Shown piece by piece: positions 1 through 9,387 of a stretch of DNA of 64,000 bases (the stretch's first letter is position 1; every line of letters begins with the position of its first letter). Origin of the DNA: Candidatus Latescibacterota bacterium (GTDB lineage: Bacteria > Latescibacterota > UBA2968 > GCA-2709665); contig CBDDDZ010000005.1 of NCBI GenBank assembly GCA_965226795.1, forward strand, positions 576,001 through 640,000. The letters are read 5' to 3'. The position numbers and the translations under genes are program-made. Under the pieces are notes generated by a model. The model searched no databases. It was not told the origin of the DNA and worked only from the letters and a program-made list of their open reading frames with translations.

Positions 1-1018
1 GGGGAGCCCTGGAAGGAATCGCTACCCAAGGGATGATAAGCAACATAGCTATGCTCGTAGTGTTTGGGATCTACACTATTATGAGAATCGGATATACGTT
101 GGTGGTGGCGATTGGGGCAACAATAAGGGGCCGGTTGACATCTGGTCATTTGTAGCGGAGAACAGTAAATCAAGATATCAATTCCAGAGGGAGATAACCG
201 TTGATGAGGAGTCAGTAGATCGCTTCCGTACGTGCGCCGAACGGCTGGTGGTGCCGGGCATTGATGCCACTGAATCCTGGAAATATGGCAACATGTACAT
301 AAAAGAGCGCGGGAAATGGTACAAGAGAAGGACTCTACCAGAATCACACCATGTTTTTGATGCAGCCTATTTCGCTCACAGGCTTTTCGCAACGACAGCC
401 AGAAAATTAGGAGCCACATTGTACGAATCAAGTGATTGGGGAAAGACCTGGGTTCGCTATAGTCACGATAACGTCGACGAATTCAGCGATGGCGGCTACA
501 TTGAAATGGGGGTTTTGGGGGAGGGGCTTATCGTGACCCCTGGCCAAGAATATCTCTACATCTTCAGTAACGGAAAACTTGAACGGTTGGTTATCCCACT
601 ATTTCCCGGGTTGGAGAAGGATCATCGAAACCCCCATCGGCTGATTCCTTTTTTGGACGGCCTCCTCTATACAGACCTACGCTGGAAGGAAGAAGCCGCC
701 CCCAAACCACTTTTCTTCCTCAACGATCTGCGGAAGGGAGCGGTAGTAATTCAACAATTTCAAGGAGATTGGGTACAGGACATTGTGGTGAGAGACGATG
801 TCTGCTACGTCCTTGCGTGCCGCAGAGAAGAAGCCACTTACCATGGCTACGTGTACGAATCTCGGGATCTAAGAAAGTGGTCAATGTTGGCACAATTCGA
901 TGTAGGAGCTCTTCCCTACTCGCTAGAAATCATGGACGAAGTGTTCTACGTCGGTCTGGCTTCACTTGCTGGTCAAGCCTACCAGCAGTCAGGAAATATC
1001 TGCCGCCTGGATCCATGA
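1..1018 (+). CDS. Hypothetical protein, probably beta-propeller-like; 5' truncated by the window edge
   Basis: The frame of ORF 248..1018 is open back to position 2 (GSPGRNRYPRDDKQHSYARSVWDLHYYENRIYVGGGDWG...). It contains Asp-box-like motifs (ESSDWGKTW, ESRDLRKW) and lies in the lower-GC region. Confidence 0.65.
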   Translation, partial: GSPGRNRYPRDDKQHSYARSVWDLHYYENRIYVGGGDWGNNKGPVDIWSFVAENSKSRYQFQREITVDEESVDRFRTCAERLVVPGIDATESWKYGNMYIKERGKWYKRRTLPESHHVFDAAYFAHRLFATTARKLGATLYESSDWGKTWVRYSHDNVDEFSDGGYIEMGVLGEGLIVTPGQEYLYIFSNGKLERLVIPLFPGLEKDHRNPHRLIPFLDGLLYTDLRWKEEAAPKPLFFLNDLRKGAVVIQQFQGDWVQDIVVRDDVCYVLACRREEATYHGYVYESRDLRKWSMLAQFDVGALPYSLEIMDEVFYVGLASLAGQAYQQSGNICRLDP

Positions 1019-1169
1019 ATTCTTCGCCGTCCTCGGTCGTCGACCAATTCTTCGTAGTTTGGTTCCTCCAACCGTGCGTCCGTGGTCGTTCCGTTTCTGA
1101 AGGAGGCCTTCAAGGCGTTGGGCTTCCCTGGCAAGCAGCGAAACATACCAGTGCGAGGTAATTGTCCCA

Positions 1170-2972
1170 CTAACGATACCATCGAGCCTGATTGCGGTAC
1201 AGTTCAGCGTACTGACCGTTCATGGCTACAAGCTCCCGATGACTCCCTTCCTCGACCAACCGACCATCTCACAACAACAGGATTCGATCGGCAAGCCTGC
1301 AGGAGCCGAGGCGATGGGAGATCAGGAGTACAGTACGCTCTTGTGCGATCCGGGCGAAGTGACTGTATACATCCGCTTCCGCCCTGGCATCGAGTGCGGA
1401 GGCTGGCTCGTCGAGAACCAGGATGTCCGCCGGGCGCATATATGCCCGGGCGATTGCGAGCTTCTGCCATTGGCCAACGGAAAGCTCCGTGCCTTGTCGA
1501 TATGTCTTGCCCAGCGGGGTTTCCAATCCGTGAGTCAGGGTTTCCGCCACCTGGTCGGCGCCACTCTTCGCGGCCGCCTCTTCAACCGCTGCTGATTCCC
1601 CTTCCATCCAGCCGCAGGCTATATTCTCCCTTACTGTGAGTTCATAGCGGTTGTAATCCTGAAACACCACACCCGTGCGCCGGAGCCATTCGTTTGGAGC
1701 GACTTCCCGGAGATCGATCCCATCTACCAGAATCCGCCCGTTTGTCGGATCAAAAAGACCCAGAATCAGCTTGACCAGGGTGCTCTTGCCGGCACCGTTC
1801 TCGCCCACGACGGCAATGCGTTCGCCCGGTCGAATGCTGAGATTGAGGTTGGAAAGCGCCGGAATATCGCTCCCAGGGTAAATGAACGAGACGTCCTGCA
1901 GGACGATCCCGGCCTGCAGCGTGCTTGGGATACGGCACCTTTTAGGCGATTCTTCCGTTGGACGATCGACAAACTCGAAATAGTCCTGTACATAGCGCAG
2001 GTCATCGTAGATGATAGATGCGCACCAGACGAGGCTCCGGTAGTGTGCCTGTAGCTGTTCGATAGCATAGAAAAAGGCGGCATAGGCCCCGATGGTGGCT
2101 CGACCTGCAAAGAGGAGTCCCAGGCTGAAGATCACCGCTGCAATATAGGTCACAGTGTTCAGACCATCCGATACGATTCCGAGCCCCGCCTCCTTCTTCG
2201 CAAGGCGCAGGCGCCTGCCGGAAAGCTTTCTCCACAATGCATCGGCACAATCGACGAGCCAGGCACCGAAGCCGAACATACGGATTTCGGCCGCTGCGTT
2301 GCGCCCCGACAATATTTCGTGGTAGACGTCAAACCGTCGCTCGTCGGGCGTTAGGTCTCGTACCATCAAATAGCGCGCTCTGTTGACGCGTTCGCGAAGG
2401 AAAACACCCGGACTCGTTCCAACGGCAAGGATCAGCGGTAACGCCCAGTGAAAACTCGCCAGGTAAAACAGGAGGGACGCAAGCGCTACGACGTCGCTAA
2501 CGCTTCGCCACATGGAAGACATTGTGCTGAATAGCCGCCGCTCAATGCCGCGCCGCGCGCGCTGCAACTGGTCGTGGAATGCCGCCGTTTCCAGTTGCGC
2601 CAGGGGAACCGTTTGAACTTTCCGATAGCATCGTTCCACAATATGGCCACGGAGACACTCCTGAAAGCGATCGGCTGTGGTATTGGAGATCAGATTAATG
2701 CCGTGTTGGAGCAGGTTCAGCCCGACAAGGGCTACGGCCCACAGGATGGCATTGGTAAATTGGATTTCGCCTCTTACAACTCCCGCCGCGGCCTCAATGA
2801 ACCGATATACAAGATATACGTGGGCAGTGACGAATAGTCCCTTTGAACCATTCAGTACCAAAAGGCTAATTGCGGCCTTGCTGTCGAATACGAAGAATGT
2901 CCAAATCAGCCGACGCAAGTAAAGTAGACGCTGTCGTTTCTGTCTTTCCGGTCCGATTGCACGCGCTTTCAT
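1170..2972 (-). pseudogene. ABC exporter (TMD+NBD), peptide/multidrug type, with premature TGA at 1269-1271
   Basis: Walker A GENGAGKS, signature LSVGQWQK, Walker B LVLDEP, H-loop ISHR. After the TGA the same frame continues DGRLVEEGSHRELVAMNGQYAELYRNQARWYR to TAG at 1170. ATG 2972 overlaps the upstream stop (ATGA). Confidence 0.85.
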
Positions 2973-4831
2973 CCCACGTTCCCTCCGGTGTACCATTTCG
3001 CCTGAAGGTAGTACATCCGGGCGTATTCGCCGTCGGCCTTGAGCAATGCCTGGTGTGTTCCCTCCTCCACAAGGCGACCATCCTTCAGGACAAGGATTCG
3101 GTTGGCGAGGCGAGCCGATCCCAATCGATGCGAGATAAAGACGGTACATCGTCCTTCGACTGCAGATCCGAACTGCTGATATATTTGCACCTCGGTCTTG
3201 GGGTCCAATGCCGACGTCGGCTCGTCCAAGACGACGATTTCGCGGTTTTTTCGAACGTATGCTCAAGCCATCGCTAATCGTTGCCATTGGCCCGTTGATA
3301 GTTCGACTCCGTCGTCGAATTCTTTGCTCAATATGGTCCGGAACATTAAAGGCAGTTCTTTTACAAAGCTATGAGCGCCACTCCTCCGGGCTGCTTCTAC
3401 GATTTCGGAAGATACAGCGGCACCATGGTCTCCATCTTTAAGCAACGAAATTCACCCGATGCCGACGTTTTCATAAACCGTAAGTGGATAACACATGAAA
3501 TCTTGAAACACAGCCGTCGCCATCAGGCGCCAGGCCGCCAGGTCCATTTCCGCGAGATCGACTCCGTCAACGGTAATCCGGCCTTGTGTCGGCTGGTACA
3601 ATCCGAGCAGCAATCGCACAATCGTGCTCTTGCCCGCGCCATTCTCACGTACAAGGGCGATCCGGTCTCCTGGCGATAGTGTCATATTGAGATCGGTGAT
3701 GACAGGGCGGACCGAACCCGGATAGCGAAAACTCACACCGTGAAAACGGATTCCGTGATGCAAGGGGCGAGGTGGCCGCATTTTGTTAACGGGCTCCTCA
3801 CCTTCGTCGGCCAGTTCGAGAAACTCGCGCAGATGTCGCAGCTTTATCAGGTGTTGTACCAGTTGAGAAACGCTAAACGAAGCCGAACCCACCAATTCGC
3901 TGAAGCGGCCGCTGGCATAGAGTAAAGCCACCAACGTTCCTACACTTATGGTTCCCCTCGAAGCCACTACAACGAGCGCCAAACTGTTCGTCCATATAAT
4001 GAGGTCGTGTGCGCATGCACTCAACAATTGCACAACGGCCAGCCGAAAGCGGGCATTCCTGATATCAGCGACATAGCGGTTAAAGGCACGTCGCCAGAAC
4101 CCCAACAAATATTCTCACAACTGATACGCCCGAACTTCGGCAGCTGCGCGGCGGCTGGAAAGAAGCGCAGCCCAATAGTCGATTTCCTGGCGTTTCGGCG
4201 AACTCTTATAGTTGACTCTAACGAACTGGCCCACGTTCCTCGCGCCTACGATCGTATTGACGATCATCGTCACAAGAAGGACAACGGCCAGGGCCCAATG
4301 GGCGTGAACAAAAAGCACCAGCAAGCCTGCCACACTGACGGCAATCGATACCAGAGAACCGAACTCATTCAAGACGTCAACGAGATGTGGGCCAATCGCC
4401 CGCTTACCCGTTTCCAGCTTGTCATAGTACGCACGGCTTTCGAAGGAACTCAGCGGAACGCTGACCGACTTACTGGCTACGTCACGTTGGATTCTGCCAC
4501 CGACCCGTTGATATATTACCGAGGCGAGATACCTGGAGCTTTCCGTGTTGACGCTCCGTATAAGCAGAGCAGCCGAGAACGCTGCAAGCCACGGAAGGAC
4601 GCCGGGCCACCCGTCAGTCGGACTATCGCTCACGACATCGACAAGCCCCGTCATCCCCCACACGATGACTGGTGTGGCGAATCCAGACACAACGTTACTC
4701 AGAACGAGCAACGTGGATTCGAATGCCGCGTTCCGCCTGAGAATCCCAATCAGGTAGCCGAGGCCGTTGAACTTGGTCCGTAGCCGTGCCAGGCAAGTGG
4801 TTCTATGGCGATCACGGTTTGAATTGATCAT
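2969..4831 (-). pseudogene. ABC exporter (TMD+NBD) paralogue broken by three in-frame TGA codons
   Basis: ORFs 4115..4831, 3452..4108, 3263..3445 and 2969..3229 share one frame and are separated by TGA at 4115-4117, 3452-3454 and 3263-3265. Motifs LSTGQWQRLAMA*AY and VVLDEPTSALD are present; Walker A is altered to RENGAGKS. Confidence 0.88.
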
Positions 4832-4971
4832 TACGAGTCTCGAGCAGTGACCGGGATCCAGCCGAGGTTTGGTTGATTCGTCAACAAAGATGTCGTCTTT
4901 GAAACATGCGCGGGACTGGTATTGGACAATCCAGGATGTGTGGAAGGGGCCTTCAAGGGGCTGCGGAGTAT

Positions 4972-4989
4972 TGAGTTCACGTGAACTCA
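4972..4989. promoter_or_regulatory. Perfect 18-bp palindrome, candidate operator
   Basis: TGAGTTCAC|GTGAACTCA, about 140 bp upstream of the ABC gene pair. Confidence 0.35.
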
Positions 4990-5332
4990 GAAGCCCAAAA
5001 TGGCGAGATCACCACAATTAAGGCGCAACGGTCGACGCCAATGATCGCCCCTATTGTTCTCAGGTGGCGAAAGATAGGCGTTCCTGAATGGGCGAGCCAG
5101 TTTATTGGTATTTGTCGAGCCGAATTCGGCTTATCACTTTGGTGCCCGACGTGAGTTAGGACGAAGTTGGGTATGGCCATCGGCAGCCGTATCGGAGCGG
5201 ATTCGCCATGACAACCCGGAAGCGCCTATAGACAGGTGTCGGTTGTTTCTGGAGAATAGAGGCGGGATGAAGGGAAGGGCGGGCTAATTCGGAATGCAAC
5301 ATGTTATTTTTAATTGGAATATCCGATAAAAC

Positions 5333-5407
5333 TGGTGACCCCGAGGGGAATCGAACCCCCGTTGCCGGGATGAAAACCCGGTGTCCTAACCTCTGAACGA
5401 CGGGGTC
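5333..5407 (-). tRNA. tRNA-Glu(TTC)
   Basis: Reverse complement GACCCCG...CCGGG-TT-TTC-AT-CCCGG...GGTTCGATTCC...CGGGGTCACCA; cloverleaf with encoded CCA. Confidence 0.97.
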
Positions 5408-5425
5408 ACCCGAATCAAGGTCCGA

Positions 5426-5454
5426 AATTTATAAAAATCCCATTTCGCTGTCAA
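5426..5454 (-). promoter_or_regulatory. sigma70-type promoter for tRNA-Glu
   Basis: TTGACA-N17-TAAATT on the minus strand. Confidence 0.6.
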
Positions 5455-5509
5455 GTTAATCATTGCCAAAGCGGTGGACCGGGACGTGGTGTTCCGAACT
5501 GGAATACGC

Positions 5510-5538
5510 TTGACATTTCCAGTTGAATTTTGTTTATT
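5510..5538 (+). promoter_or_regulatory. sigma70-type promoter for the tRNA-Val operon
   Basis: TTGACA-N17-TTTATT. Confidence 0.5.
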
Positions 5539-5641
5539 CAGAAGGTTTAAATTCACTTTTGTCCCGTTGTTGAAACAACGATTTCGCCTGGCTTATAAAT
5601 TAAGGAACGCACGTTAAGTGATCCGTCTGAACTATTCAGGT

Positions 5642-5718
5642 GGGCGATTAGCTCAGCTGGTTAGAGCGCTGGTTTCACATACCAGAGGTCACTGGTTCGA
5701 GTCCAGTATCGCCCACCA
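5642..5718 (+). tRNA. tRNA-Val(CAC)
   Basis: GGGCGATTAGCTCAGCTGGTTAGAGCG, anticodon arm CTGGT-TT-CAC-AT-ACCAG, GGTTCGAGTCC, ends CCA. Confidence 0.97.
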
Positions 5719-5781
5719 TGATCCGATAGGCAAGGTGGCCTGGACCTGTCCGCGAGTGGAGCGGGACGGCCGGCAATCGTC

Positions 5782-5820
5782 AGGGTGCATTCGTCAAACG
5801 GATGCGCCTTTCTTTTTTAT
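5782..5820 (+). terminator. Intrinsic terminator/attenuator after tRNA-Val
   Basis: Hairpin AGGGTGCATTCGT-CAA-ACGGATGCGCCTT followed by a T-rich tract. Confidence 0.6.
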
Positions 5821-5832
5821 TGGAGTTCACGC

Positions 5833-6546
5833 ATGAAAGAAAGCCTGCATAGTCTCTTGAACCTGCAACGCGTCGATACGGAATTGGATAAACTCAGAAA
5901 GGTACAGACGGATTACCCTGAAGCAATTGCGGAAATTCGCAAGAAGGTGGTAGCCGCAAAACAGGCGGTGGACGTCAAGAAACAGCAGGCTGCGGACCTC
6001 GAAAAGAACCGGCGTCACCTGGAGGGTGAACTGGAGACCATACAGGCCGATTTGAAAAAACACCAGGACCGTTTCTCTGAAGTCAAGACGAACCGGGAAT
6101 ATGATGCGCTCCAGATTGAAATCGACATCCTGAAAAACCGGGCCGACGAAAACGAGACCATTATTCTCGAGAGTATCGAGCAACACGATGACCTGAAAGA
6201 AAAGTTGAAGGAGGAAGAAAGCGCATACAAGGCGCTTAAAGCCGAATATCTGGCGGAGATTCGGAACCTGCAAAGCCGCCTGGATCGCGTCGACGAAGAC
6301 GCCCGAGGCTGGCACGAAGAGCGGGCGGCTGCGGAAACCCATGTCGAAGTCCGGGTCCTGTCCACGTACAGCCGGATCCGGGCCGTCGTCAAAGACGGGG
6401 TCGCCGTGGTACCAATTGGCAAGGGTTCCTGCGGAGGGTGTTTCAGGCAGTTGCCGCCGCAGCGGCGCATGGAGGTCCGGCGCCAGGACCGGATCCTTCG
6501 CTGCGAGAACTGCGGCCGGATCCTGGTGTGGCGGGAAGAAGCCTGA
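5833..6546 (+). CDS. Coiled-coil + C4 zinc-ribbon protein (CT398/HP0958-like)
   Basis: Long coiled coil, VKTNREYDAL, CGGC...CENCGRIL; GGAG RBS before ATG 5833; next to rnhA/rnpB. Confidence 0.9.
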   Translation: MKESLHSLLNLQRVDTELDKLRKVQTDYPEAIAEIRKKVVAAKQAVDVKKQQAADLEKNRRHLEGELETIQADLKKHQDRFSEVKTNREYDALQIEIDILKNRADENETIILESIEQHDDLKEKLKEEESAYKALKAEYLAEIRNLQSRLDRVDEDARGWHEERAAAETHVEVRVLSTYSRIRAVVKDGVAVVPIGKGSCGGCFRQLPPQRRMEVRRQDRILRCENCGRILVWREEA

Positions 6547-6556
6547 CTTGGTCGGC

Positions 6557-6970
6557 ATGGGCGCATACAGCCTCTACGTCGACGGTGCGGCCAAGGGCAA
6601 CCCCGGACCTGCCGGCATCGGCGTCCGGGTTGAACTCGAAGGCGAGGTCCAGACGGAATATTGCGGTTTTATCGGCAATGCCACCAACAACGTCGCGGAA
6701 TACAAGGCCCTGATCAAGGGGTTGGAGATCGTCCGGAAGCTTGGCGCGACGCGTGTCGACGCCATTTCAGACAGCGAATTGATCGTCCGGCAGTTGATCG
6801 GCAGCTACCGGGTCAAGAGCGCTGCTCTGGCGCCGCTGAATCAGAGAGCTCGTGAACTTTCAGGGTCGTTTGACGTGTTCCGGATCCGCCACGTCCCGCG
6901 TTCGGAGAATCAACACGCCGACCGCCTGGCCAATCTGGGAATATCGAACGCCTTGAAACGAAGACCGTGA
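6557..6970 (+). CDS. rnhA: Ribonuclease HI
   Basis: Motifs YVDGAAKGNPGPAG, TNNVAEY, DSELIVRQ, HVPRSENQHADRLAN. Confidence 0.92.
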   Translation: MGAYSLYVDGAAKGNPGPAGIGVRVELEGEVQTEYCGFIGNATNNVAEYKALIKGLEIVRKLGATRVDAISDSELIVRQLIGSYRVKSAALAPLNQRARELSGSFDVFRIRHVPRSENQHADRLANLGISNALKRRP

Positions 6971-7001
6971 GCCGCGGGGCGGTTCACGAATCCACAACAT
7001 T

Positions 7002-7379
7002 GGCAAGCGGGCCGGATGGCCGCGCCCTTTTCGGGTGAGGAAAGTCCGAGCTCCACAGGGCAGGATGCTGGGTAACTCCCAGGCGGGGCGACCCGACGGA
7101 AAGTGCCACAGAGAACAGACCGCCAGCGGGCGAAACCACGGTTTCGTTGCGGGCAAGGGTGAAACGGCGGGGTAAGAGCCCACCGCGCTCCCGGAGACGG
7201 GAGCGGCACGGTAAACCCCATCCGGAGCAAGGCCAAATAGGAGCGGAGAGGCGGCCCGTCTCTATATAACGCTCGGGTAGGCCGCGTAGAGGTGCCGGGC
7301 AACCGGCGTCCCAGATAAATGGCCATCCGTCAGGCGTACTGCGCCGGACGACAGAACTCGGCTTACAGGCCCGCTTGCC
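7002..7379 (+). ncRNA. rnpB: RNase P RNA (class A)
   Basis: GAGGAAAGTCCGAGCTC, GGAAAGTGCCACAGAGAACAGACCGCC, GGGTGAAACGGCGGGGTAAGAGCCCACCG, ACAGAACTCGGCTTA; 5' GGCAAGCGGGCC pairs with 3' GGCCCGCTTGCC. Confidence 0.97.
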
Positions 7380-7409
7380 TGATTTCCAGTCCCTTCTCAG
7401 GAGCGAGGG

Positions 7410-8282
7410 GTGAGCTTTCTCGAGAAATTCCGCCACGCCGTCGACAACCGGAACAGCCGGGTCTGCGTGGGCCTGGATCCCGATCCGCTACGCCTGCCCG
7501 CCCACCTCGCGGGAACCGCGAACCCGGTCTCGGCGTTTCTCAAGGAAATCGTCTCCGCCACGCAGGACCTTGTCTGCGCCTACAAACCCAACTTCGCCTT
7601 CTTCGGCGCGATGGGACCGGCCGGCTGGCAGAGCCTCACGGAAGTCATCCATGCCATCCCCGCCACGACGCCCGTTGTGCTCGACTTCAAGGCGGGGGAC
7701 ATCGGAAACTCCGCTGCCCGTTACGCGCAGATGGCTTACGATGTGCTCGGCGTCGACGCGGTCACCGTGAACCCCCTCATGGGCTTCGACGCCGTGGCGC
7801 CTTTCCTCGACTACCCCGACCGCTGCGCCTTTCTGCTCTGCCTGACGTCCAACCCCGGCTCGGCAGACTTCCAGCGGCTTTCTACCCGGGACGGACCGTT
7901 CTATCAACACGTTGCGAGAAAAGCGGTTGGATGGTCCGAAACGGGACCCTGCGGCCTCGTGGTCGGCGCCACCCACGTTCGCGAACTCGCCACGGTCAGG
8001 AGCATCGCGCCAGGACTTCCCATCCTGGTCCCGGGCGTCGGAGCCCAGATGGGGGATCCCGCCGCCGTGATCCGGTACGGTGTTGACAGGAATGGCGGAG
8101 GGATCCTTGTCAACGCATCCAGGAGTGTGCTCTACGCGTCCTCCGGCCGGGACTTTGCGAGCGCTGCACGGGGGGCCGCCGAAGGGCTTCGCGTCGGCCT
8201 GGAACGGGAGCGGACAGCGTCGTTGAGCGCATATCCCAAAAACGTGAGCCGCCGCCAGGAACGGCCGCGCGACGAAATCTAG
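7410..8282 (+). CDS. pyrF: Orotidine-5'-phosphate decarboxylase (type 2)
   Basis: Motifs CVGLDP, YKPNFAFF, LDFKAGDIGNS, LTSNPGS, LVPGVGAQ. Confidence 0.93.
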   Translation: MSFLEKFRHAVDNRNSRVCVGLDPDPLRLPAHLAGTANPVSAFLKEIVSATQDLVCAYKPNFAFFGAMGPAGWQSLTEVIHAIPATTPVVLDFKAGDIGNSAARYAQMAYDVLGVDAVTVNPLMGFDAVAPFLDYPDRCAFLLCLTSNPGSADFQRLSTRDGPFYQHVARKAVGWSETGPCGLVVGATHVRELATVRSIAPGLPILVPGVGAQMGDPAAVIRYGVDRNGGGILVNASRSVLYASSGRDFASAARGAAEGLRVGLERERTASLSAYPKNVSRRQERPRDEI

Positions 8283-8370
8283 CCGTACCGTTTGAAGGAA
8301 GGTGACCGGCCGTACCGGAAGCCGGGATGAAGTCGGTCCGTAACGGAGGTCTCACCGATCTCAGGAGACT

Positions 8371-9192
8371 ATGGTCATGGAACGGCGCAAATTGACCGAT
8401 GAGCAGAAACAGCAGTGGGCGATAGATGGGTATATCCTGCTCAAGGGTGTCCTCTCAGCCGAGGAAACCGGAGACCTCAGGCGGGAGGTGGAACGGCTGC
8501 ATCGGAAGTTTGTCCTCAACAAGGCCGACGCGGACCCGAAATCCGGCCTGGACCGCAGAAACGTATTGCCGGACAGCGACGCCTTTATCCATCTTATGGA
8601 CCATTCCGGCGCGTTTGACGTCATCATGGAACTGATGGGCCCGTATATTCAGCTCAGTATGGCCGAAGCCGTTGTGCGTCCGCCGAATCCAGGCTATAAA
8701 AGCTTTATCCACACCGACGGCGGCCAGGCCCTGCGCCATATTCGCGTCACCGAAACAAGCTGGCCGCTCCAGCTCAAAATCCAGTATTTCCTCACCGACG
8801 TCAAAAGACCCGATTGCGGCAATTTTACCATTTTCCCGGGCAGTCATCTGCGACCCTACCCGGAGGGCGACACGTCCTTTACGGCCCAGACTCCCGGCGC
8901 GGTGCAACTCTGCGCGGAAGCGGGAGACGCGGCCGTCTTTTCCCATGCCCTCTGGCACGGCGTTTCCCCCAACCTCTCCAAGCGATCCCGGAAGACCCTC
9001 ATTTACTGTTATAGCCAGCAATGTTTCCGGACGTTTGACTTTAACGGCCACTCCAGGGAAGTTCTGGCGAAATGTACGCCCAGACAACGCCGTCTGCTGG
9101 GTGACCTTGGCAGAGACTGGCGCCCCGGCGCGTACTTCTACAGTCCCGAAGACCAGGTTGAGATCATCGAACAGAGGTCTGAAGTCGCCTGA
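8371..9192 (+). CDS. Phytanoyl-CoA dioxygenase (PhyH) family Fe/2OG oxygenase
   Basis: DGYILLKGVLS, HTD (HxD), FPGSH, AGDAAVFSHALWHG. Confidence 0.88.
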   Translation: MVMERRKLTDEQKQQWAIDGYILLKGVLSAEETGDLRREVERLHRKFVLNKADADPKSGLDRRNVLPDSDAFIHLMDHSGAFDVIMELMGPYIQLSMAEAVVRPPNPGYKSFIHTDGGQALRHIRVTETSWPLQLKIQYFLTDVKRPDCGNFTIFPGSHLRPYPEGDTSFTAQTPGAVQLCAEAGDAAVFSHALWHGVSPNLSKRSRKTLIYCYSQQCFRTFDFNGHSREVLAKCTPRQRRLLGDLGRDWRPGAYFYSPEDQVEIIEQRSEVA

Positions 9193-9387
9193 ACGTCACT
9201 CCTCGTCCGCGCGTTCCGTTCCGCGCCGTCTCCCGCCCGCCTCGTTCCGAAATCTCCGCGCCAGGACACGTCTTAAACATTGCCCGAATCCTTTCGTATC
9301 GCGGTTGGATTGCGGAACTTCCGCGCACGCGAGGCAATGCCTGCATCTCATCCGGAACCGATTGCCAGCCTTCGGAGATGAACAGAA

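Noticed and set aside
979..1182. 67-aa minus-strand ORF as a RiPP precursor downstream of the ABC pair
   Set aside because: Overlaps both neighbours, has no recognisable leader/core pattern, and no modifying enzymes are in the window.
1239..1595. + strand ORFs opposite the ABC genes (also 2870..3277 and 4007..4783)
   Set aside because: Antisense shadows of the ABC exporter reading frames.
1170..4831. Alternative genetic code (TGA = Gly/Trp) or selenocysteine
   Set aside because: TGA terminates clear housekeeping genes in this window (rnhA, pgk, tpiA), and the interrupted positions are not Cys-like sites.
6910..7436. ORFs overlapping 7002-7379
   Set aside because: They are shadows of the RNase P RNA gene.
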